A stretch of DNA of 64,000 bases from Bugula neritina. Lineage: Eukaryota; Animalia; Bryozoa. This document shows, piece after piece, positions 54,971 to 64,000 of the stretch. A program made the position numbers and the translations under genes. How positions within the stretch are numbered: the stretch's first letter is position 1; every line of letters begins with the position of its first letter. The stretch lies in NCBI GenBank assembly GCA_964035545.1, contig OZ037773.1:215751-279750 (forward strand), in the 5' to 3' direction. A model generated the notes under the pieces. That model saw only the letters and a program-made list of their open reading frames with translations, was not told the origin of the DNA and made no database searches.

Positions 54971-57900
54971 CCGTTCTCTTGACATTCGGACAATGTCAAG
55001 GGCAGAAGGTGAAACAGTTCCAAATGTTAGATGTTACTGAGGATGTGAACTTCCATACTACACTCAGCCCCGCCCAAAGTATAGTTCACTGTGCAGGTTT
55101 GTGTGCAGACACGCCCAGCTGCTATGCCTTCAAATACACGGCTACAGAAAACTGTCAGATCTCTCACTGCTTGGATCCAACTGCAACTTTCCCATCAACC
55201 AGTGCTTCAGATAAATTCTACTTGTTAGTGAACAAAGAAGTTGGTCCAGTGAATGAGCTTATAGCTAGAAGTGAGTAATTGGTATCAGCAGTACATGTAA
55301 TCTTGTGTAGGCCTATACCAAAATTACAATAGGGGTGCCTTACTGGGGTCTCAGTATTTAAGTTTTAGTTTATTGCTACAAGCAAATGCTCCTGAATATT
55401 TTGAACCACCATCTGGTATTATAATCAGTTGCACAGAATAAAAACATGACATATTCTTTTCAGGGCTATAGCTTGTAAGAAAATTTTGGCTAAGGTTTTT
55501 TATTTTGCTATAAATGTTTAAAATCAAGATTGAAAGCAAAAAAAAACTGAGATTTATAAATTTATTTCTTTCCTCTCCATCAGCCTTATTCCAAACAGAT
55601 ATAATTATAAAACAAGAATATGATAAAATGTTTGTTGGTTCCAAATTTAAATTGAAGGCCAAAATTTCTTTGTTAGTATACAGGAAGAACTAATATATAT
55701 TAACCAGCTGCATTGTTCTAACTTATGAGTATAATAGTAGGACCTAATATTGTTAATGATTGTATAATTGCGGGTGTGGAACACAACAGCTATAACATTC
55801 TACAGTTTATAACTTTGAAGCTTGTAACTTGTGTGCCACAGTGTACTTCTGCTGCTGTGTTTAACTACTAGACAAGCCGGCCTCACTCTCATCTGTGCGG
55901 AATGGCAAGGAAGCTTCCTACTGCAACGATGGTGTGTATCAAACTGATGACTGGTCCGCCATTTGTCATTCTGAGTCGGAACAAAACCCCTGGTGGAGAG
56001 TTGACCTGCTGGCAGCGTATTGCGTTGTTGGGATAAAGATTCTAAATCGAGACCAACTCTGTGAGTCACAACAGTACAGAGTAGTATATATGTATAACAG
56101 TATAGAGTAGTATATATGTATAACAGTATAGAGTAGTATATGTGTATAACAGTATAGAGTAGTATATCTGTATAACAGTATAGAGTGGTATATCTGTATA
56201 ACAGTATAGAGTGGTATATCTGTATAACAGTATAGAGTAGTATATCTGTATAACAGTATAGAGTAGTATATATGTATAACAGTATAGAGTAGTATATATG
56301 TACAACAGTACAGAGTAGTATATCTGTACAACAGTATAGAGTAGTATATCTGTATAACAGTATAGAGTAGTATATCTGTATAACAGTATAGAGTGGTATA
56401 TCTGTATAACAGTATAGAGTGGTATATCTGTATAACAGTATAGAGTAGTATATCCGTATAACAGTATAGAGTAGTATATATGTATAACAGTATAGAGTAG
56501 TATATGTGTATAACAGTATAGAGTAGTATATGTGTATAACAGTATAGAGTAGTATATCTGTATAACAGTATAGAGTAGTATATCTGTATAACAGTATAGA
56601 GTAGTATATCTGTATAACAGTATAGAGTAGTATATCTGTATAACAGTATAGAGTAGTATATCTGTATAACAGTATAGAGTAGTATATCTGTATAACAGTA
56701 TAGAGTAGTATATCTGTATAACAGTATAGAGTAGTATATCTGTATAACAGTATAGAATAGTATATCTGTATAACAGTATAGAGTAGTATATCTGTATAAC
56801 AGTATAGAGTAGTATATCCGTATAACAGTATTATAGAGTAGTATATCTGTATAACAGTATAGAGTGGTATATCTGTATAACAGTATAGAGTAGTATTTCC
56901 GTATAACAGTATAGAGTGGTATATCTGTATAACAGTATAGAGTAGTATATCTGTATAACAGTATAGAGTAGTATATATGTACAACAGTACAGAGTAGTAT
57001 ATCTGTATAACAGTATAGAGTAGTATATCTGTATAACAGTATAGAGTAGTATATCTGTATAACAGTATAGAGTAGTATATCTGTATAACAGTATAGAGTA
57101 GTATATCTGTATAACAGTATAGAGTAGTATATCTGTATAACAGTATAGAGTAGTATATCTGTATAACAGTATAGAGTAGTATATCTGTATAACAGTATAG
57201 AGTAGTATATCTGTATAACAGTATAGAGTAGTATATCTGTATAACAGTATAGAGTAGTATATATGTATAACAGTATAGAGTAGTATATCTGTATAACAGT
57301 ATAGAGTAGTATATCTGTATAACAGTACAGAGTAGTATATATGTATAACAGTATAGAGTAGTATATCTGTATAACAGTATAGAGTAGTATATATGTATAA
57401 CAGCATAGAGTAGTATATATGTATAACAGTATAGGGTAGTATATCTGTATAACAGTATAGAGTAGTATATCCGTATAACAGTATAGAGTAGTATATCTGT
57501 ATAACAGTATAGAGTAGTATATCCGTATAACAGTATAGAGTAGTATATCTGTATAACAGTATAGAGTAGTATATGTGTATAACAGTATAGAGTAGTATAT
57601 CCGTATAACAGTATAGAGTAGTATATCTGTATAACAGTATAGAGTAGTATATATGTATAACAGTATAGAGTAGTATATCTGTATAACAGTATAGAGTAGT
57701 ATATCTGTATAACAGTATAGAGTAGTATATCTGTATAACAGTATAGAGTAGTATATATGTATAACAGTATAGAGTAGTATATCTGTATAACAGTATAGAG
57801 TAGTATATCCGTATAACAGTATAGAGTAGTATATATGTATAACAGTATAGAGTAGTATATCTGTATAACAGTATAGAGTAGTATATCTGTATAACAGTAT

Positions 57901-60900
57901 AGAGTAGTATATCTGTATAACAGTATAGAGTAGTATATATGTATAACAGTATAGAGTAGTATATATGTATAACAGTATAGAGTAGTATATCTGTATAACA
58001 GCATAGAGTAGTATATGTGTATAACAGTATAGAGTAGTATATATGTATAACAGTATAGAGTAGTATATCTGTATAACAGCATAGAGTAGTATATGTGTAT
58101 AACAGTATAGAGTGGTATATATGTATAACAGTATAGAGTAGTATATCTGTATAACAGTATAGAGTAGTATATCTGTATAACAGTATAGAGTAGTATATTT
58201 GTATAACAGTATTATAGAGTAGTATATATGTATAACAGTATAGAGTAGTATATATGTATAACAGTATAGAGTAGTATACCTGTATAACAGTATAGAGTAG
58301 TATATATGTATAACAGTATAGAGTGGTATATCTGTATAACAGTATAGAGTAGTATATCTGTATAACAGTATAGAGTAGTATATCTGTATAACAGTATAGA
58401 GTAGTATATCTGTATAACAGTATAGAGTAGTATATCCGTATAACAGTATAGAGTAGTATATATGTATAACAGTATAGAGTAGTATATCTGTATAACAGTA
58501 TAGAGTGGTATATCTGTATAACAGTATAGAGTGGTATATCTGTATAACAGTATAGAGTAGTATATCTGTATAACAGTATAGAGTAGTATATCTGTATAAC
58601 AGTATAGAGTAGTATATATGTATAACAGTATAGAGTAGTATACCTGTATAACAGTATAGAGTAGTATATCTGTATAACAGTATAGAGTAGTATATCTGTA
58701 TAACAGTATAGAGTAGTATATCTGTATAACAGTATAGAGTAGTATATCCGTATAACAGTATTATAGAGTAGTATATCTGTATAACAGTATAGAGTAGTAT
58801 ATCTGTATAACAGTATAGAGTAGTATATCCGTATAACAGTATAGAGTAGTATATCTGTATAACAGTATAGAGTAGTATATCCGTATAACAGTATAGAGTA
58901 GTATATCTGTATAACAGTATAGAGTAGTATATGTGTATAACAGTATAGAGTAGTATATCTGTATAACAGTATAGAGTAGTATATATGTATAACAGTATAG
59001 AGTAGTATATATGTACAACAGTACAGAGTAGTATATATGTATAACAGTATAGAGTAGTATATCCGTATAACAGTATAGAGTAGTATATCTGTATAACAGT
59101 ATAGAGTAGTATATCTGTATAACAGTATAGAGTAGTATATCTGTATAACAGTATAGAGTAGTATATCTGTATAACAGTATAGAGTAGTATATCTGTATAA
59201 CAGTATAGAGTAGTATATCTGTATAACAGCATAGAGTAGTATATGTGTATAACAGTATAGAGTAGTATATATGTATAACAGTATAGAGTAGTATATCCGT
59301 ATAACAGTATAGAGTAGTATATCTGTATAACAGTATAGAGTAGTATATTTGTATAACAGTATTATAGAGTAGTATATCTGTATAACAGTATAGAGTGGTA
59401 TATCTGTATAACAGTATAGAGTAGTATATATGTACAACAGTACAGAGTAGTATATCTGTATAACAGTATAGAGTAGTATATATGTATAACAGTATAGAGT
59501 AGTATATATGTATAACAGTATAGAGTAGTATATCCGTATAACAGTATAGAGTAGTATATCTGTATAACAGTATAGAGTAGTATATCCGTATAACAGTATA
59601 GAGTAGTATATCTGTATAACAGTATAGAGTGGTATATCTGTATAACAGTATAGAGTAGTATATCTGTATAACAGTACAGAGTAGTATATCTGTATAACAG
59701 TATAGAGTAGTATATCCGTATAACAGTATAGAGTAGTATATATGTATAACAGTATAGAGTAGTATATGTGTATAACAGTATAGAGTAGTATATGTGTATA
59801 ACAGTATAGAGTGGTATATCTGTATAACAGTATAGAGTAGTATATATGTATAACAGTATAGAGTAGTATATATGTACAACAGTACAGAGTAGTATATCTG
59901 TATAACAGTATAGAGTAGTATATCTGTATAACAGTATAGAGTGGTATATCTGTATAACAGTATAGAGTAGTATATCTGTATAACAGTACAGAGTAGTATA
60001 TCTGTATAACAGTATAGAGTAGTATATCCGTATAACAGTATAGAGTAGTATATATGTATAACAGTATAGAGTAGTATATGTGTATAACAGTATAGAGTAG
60101 TATATGTGTATAACAGTATAGAGTAGTATATCTGTATAACAGTATAGAGTAGTATATCTGTATAACAGTATAGAGTAGTAGGCCCTATATATGTATAACA
60201 GTATAGAGTAGTATATCTGTATAACAGTATAGAGTAGTATATCTGTATAACAGTATAGAGTAGTATATCTGTATAACAGTATAGAGTAGTATATCTGTAT
60301 AACAGTATAGAGTAGTATATATGTATAACAGTATAGAGTAGTATATCTGTATAACAGTATAGAGTAGTATATCTGTATAACAGTATAGAGTAGTATATCT
60401 GTATAACAGTATAGAGTGGTATATCTGTATAACAGTATAGAGTAGTATATCTGTATAACAGTACAGAGTAGTATATATGTATAACAGTATAGAGTAGTAT
60501 ATCTGTATAACAGTACAGAGTAGTATATCTGTATAACAGTATAGAGTAGTATATCTGTATAACAGTATAGAGTGGTATATCTGTATAACAGTATAGAGTA
60601 GTATATCTGTATAACAGTATAGAGTAGTATATCTGTATAACAGTATAGAGTGGTATATCTGTATAACAGTATAGAGTAGTATATCCGTATAACAGTATAG
60701 AGTGGTATATCTGTATAACAGTATAGAGTAGTATATCCGTATAACAGTATAGAGTGGTATATCTGTATAACAGTATAGAGTAGTATATCTGTATAACAGT
60801 ATAGAGTAGTATATATGTATAACAGTATAGAGTGGTATATCTGTATAACAGTATTATAGAGTAGTATATCTGTATAACAGTATAGAGTGGTATATCTGTA

Positions 60901-62221
60901 TAACAGTATAGAGTAGTATATCTGTATAACAGTATAGAGTGGTATATCTGTATAACAGTATAGAGTAGTATATCTGTATAACAGTATAGAGTGGTATATC
61001 TGTATAACAGTATAGAGTAGTATATCCGTATAACAGTATAGAGTAGTATATCTGTATAACAGTATAGAGTGGTATATCTGTATAACAGTATAGAGTAGTA
61101 TATCTGTATAACAGTATAGAGTAGTATATCTGTATAACAGTATAGAGTAGTATATCTGTATAACAGTATAGAGTAGTATATCTGTATAACAGTATAGAGT
61201 AGTATATCTGTATAACAGTATAGAGTAGTATATCTGTATAACAGTATAGAGTAGTATATCTGTAGTGTCTAGATTCTAGAGTACCACAGTTGTGAACTAC
61301 TCTCGGAGGGCCAAACTGCACTTAATATACATGATTTACTAGGTGTCTAAACCATCAAGACTTGTAATTAACAATTTTCTTTTTCTGCTGTTGTAGGCCT
61401 ATGTATCGTATTTCCCTTCTACTTTTGACCAAATATAACAAAACAAAACAAACATGTGACATATATAGAGTAAGCGTAAGGCCACAGCGGGTTACCAGCG
61501 CAGGATGTGCGGGAGAACCTGTCTAGCCCGAAAATGGGCTGTGGTGTGCGGGTTTTCATGCTGAGCGGGAAGTGCAGAAAACTTGTGCTGGTTTGATATA
61601 ATTGGCTGATTACCATTTGGCGAGTACACTTTTTTGATTTCAATTTGAGGTTTAGTTTTTAGCGAACTGAATTAGAACAGCTTCATATAGTTTGCATTTC
61701 CGCTTTTATCTGTAGGCGAGCAGTAAAGTTAAACTCCAAGATAGTTAGCTAATAAATATCCACACCCACAACACACGCATTGTGTGTGGCAGATTGCTCC
61801 GAGACAGGCTTTCAAAAATTTGAACCTGCATGAGGGAATCCTCTGTCGTTTGGCCTTACGCTTACAGAGTTAACTGAAAGATAAAAGTTATCAATAAATA
61901 GTTTGTTATGAGGAGAGGAATTCAAGGCAAAATTTCTAAGTTTCAAAAAGACTGGAGTCTATTTTCTGCATACTTATTTATTTTGTAGCATACTGGAAAA
62001 TAACAAGGAATGTTGCTGTTACCGTAGCAACAAGTGAAGATGAGATATTCTATGAACCTGGAATAACCCAAGACAACATTTGCTACTACTACGATGGCAT
62101 ATTGAACCAGAAGTACACAGTAATCAGGTGCAACAGGCCAGTGTATGGCCGATATGTGCAAATACAGCTGCTAGTTAATGATCCCCTTCACTTGTTTGAG
62201 GTGGAGGTGCATGTGAGATAA
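54971..62221 (+). CDS. Secreted PAN/apple plus F-type lectin (fucolectin/F5-F8C-like) domain protein; first exon(s) uncertain
   Basis: Exons 54971-55270 (SIVHCAGLCADTPSCYAFKY...NCQIS, PAN-like), 55872-56060 (NKPASLSS...CNDG...ICHSESEQNPWWRVDL...IKILNR) and 61989-62221 (...CNRPVYGRYVQIQL...LHLFEVEVH); all phase 1. Candidate signal-peptide exons are 53396-53406 and 53539-53591. Confidence 0.85.
56069..61263. repeat. 26-bp satellite, ~5.2 kb (~200 copies), inside the F-type lectin intron
   Basis: TATAACAGTATAGAGTAGTATATCTG in tandem, with occasional 29-bp variants. Confidence 0.98.
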
Positions 62222-62633
62222 CTCCTTATCAGATTCAAACAATCACTGCTAGTTGGAATGCAAAGCTAGCAAAAGCATGTAGTGTTTTGTGTAAGAGATG
62301 TTGTAACATACTAATTAATAACTCTATTAGTACAAAAAAAAGTAAATCCTTAAAGGACAAAAGCCAATAGTTTTATTATAAGAAATATTAGTGCATTTTG
62401 TGTTGAATGTTTCTGTATATTTGTGTAGGTGTGCAAATATAAACAAATGAAATTGACACAGCGTAGCGTAACGTAACATCCTATATGCAGTGCTTCAATA
62501 GTATTTCTATTATATTCGAACAATGAATTTTGTTTATATTAGTGATCTATGTTTTAATTTGAGGCAATAAAATCAAATCATTTAAAATAGTAACATATTC
62601 ATAACGCATAAATCAAAATATAACTTTGGAATT

Positions 62634-62834
62634 GCCACTAAACACTCCTACACTACCCATAGCCACTAAACACTCCTACACTACCCATAGCCACTAAACA
62701 CTCCTACACTACCCATAGCCACTAAACACTCCTACACTACTCATAGCCACTAAACACTCCTACACTACCCATAGCCACTAAACACTCCTACACTACTCAT
62801 AGCCACTAAACACTCCTCCACTACTCATAGCCAC
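62634..62834. repeat. 28-bp minisatellite x~7 just 3' of the stop codon of the - strand gene
   Basis: GCCACTAAACACTCCTACACTACCCATA in tandem. Confidence 0.95.
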
Positions 62835-62851
62835 AGCTGGTAAGACTATTA

Positions 62852-63505
62852 TTAGTGATCTGAACTGCTATTCTGTAAATTCGGTAGAGTGGGCGGAGTC
62901 AACATACCAGAGGAAGATGTGGCTGCACAAAATACATGTGAAGTAGTGTTACAGGTGGGTAGATTGAGGTGAACAGTTGCCTGGAAAGTTGGAATAGTAT
63001 CGGGTGGAGCAATATTTATGTTGGGTGGAGATTCATTTAAGGTGGGCGGAACTACGTTGGTGGGTGGGGCTTCTTTGGTGGGTGGAGATGCATTGGCTGT
63101 AGCTGCAGTTACATCTTCCCCAGTCACTAGAGCAACAGATGGAGAGTTTATGATGGCCCCAGACACACATGCAGCAGGTAGAGGCTGAGCTGCTCCACAG
63201 TCAGAAGGGAGGATAACTCCTGCTAACCTATTGATTACAGGCACCTTGCGATGTGCTTTGGCTGGATATTGCTTCTTGGTCTACAATAATATAGTATGGC
63301 TGCTGAACTGATTAATTCCAATGCTGAAGTACCGGACATCTAGTATCAACATTTACCAATACTACTACCGCTGCTGCTACTACTACTACTACTCCTATTA
63401 TTACTACTACTACTATTACTACTGCTACTACTACTACTACTACTATTACTACTACTACTACTATTACTACTACTACTACTACTACTACTACCACTACTAC
63501 TACTG

Positions 63506-63539
<34 letters not shown>

Positions 63540-63609
63540 CACTACTACCACCACCACTACTACTACCACCACCACTACTACTACCACCACCACTACTACT
63601 ACCACCACC

Positions 63610-63641
<32 letters not shown>

Positions 63642-63867
63642 CACTACTACTAGTACTACTACCACCACCACTACTACTACCACCACCACTACTATCACTA
63701 CTACTACTACTATTACCGCTACTACTACTAATAGTCTAATACTACTACTACCAATACCATTATTACCAATACTACTCATATCAATATTACTTTTATCAAT
63801 ACTGATCTTATAACCCTACCGTTGCAGCCTGGGTACTGTGAAACTTGACATGTCTGTTCAGGTTAAC
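62852..63867 (-). CDS. 3' end of a probable C2H2 zinc-finger protein; the gene continues beyond the window end
   Basis: Exon 63867-63820 (VNLNRHVKFHSTQAAT, the LxxHxxxH finger tail) is spliced in phase 0 to exon 63280-62852, a Pro/Thr/Ala-rich tail ending SSSDH*. Confidence 0.55.
63358..63735. repeat. (ACT/ACC)n trinucleotide tract, intronic
   Basis: Source of the spurious poly-Val and poly-Tyr/His ORFs. Confidence 0.95.
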
Positions 63868-64000
63868 CTGAAAAATAAATTTAAAATCACATCACTCTGC
63901 CCTACAGCAGACAACAGGAGAATAATTTGTTAACTAATATCCTGAACACAACGAGAACCATGAGTAGTACAGTACATACAGGTGTCACTACACAGACAGG

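Noticed and set aside
55800-61321. Very long - strand ORFs (760, 1088, 868, 372 aa)
   Set aside because: Translations of the 26-bp satellite, which lacks stops on that strand; they lie in a lectin intron.
63312-63779. Poly-Val and poly-Tyr/His ORFs (also 13949..14395)
   Set aside because: Intronic trinucleotide tracts.

Overview
AT-rich, intron-rich animal genomic DNA, probably an invertebrate (a lophotrochozoan is plausible but is inference). It is not prokaryotic, and most long ORFs in the supplied track are translations of intronic minisatellites. By hand-splicing GT-AG exons with consistent phases I can support ten protein-coding genes: the 5' part of a GOLGA4-like golgin (-), a Ly6/uPAR (Quiver-like) GPI protein (-), a three-Ig-domain GPI-type protein (-), a DNAJA-type Hsp40 (-) head-to-head with SRP54 (+), a tandem-repeat galectin (+), CDIN1/C15orf41 (+), an orphan with a single coding exon (+), a PAN plus F-type lectin (+), and the 3' end of a probable C2H2 zinc-finger gene (-). 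Mobile DNA includes a TTAA-flanked Kolobok-type non-autonomous element, tRNA-derived SINE heads, and a Penelope-like relic with hammerhead ribozymes. The most notable observations are: (1) this CDIN1 nuclease carries a ~300-aa insertion made of a TQ-repeat array and a double-stranded-RNA-binding domain, which one in-phase splice could remove; (2) an intact type I hammerhead lies next to a perfect fold-back with 102-bp arms carrying a second hammerhead on both strands; (3) 'drifting' 6-bp-periodic DNA occurs specifically at the 5' ends of the housekeeping genes; (4) many intronic tandem repeats are amplified copies of the gene's own splice sites.
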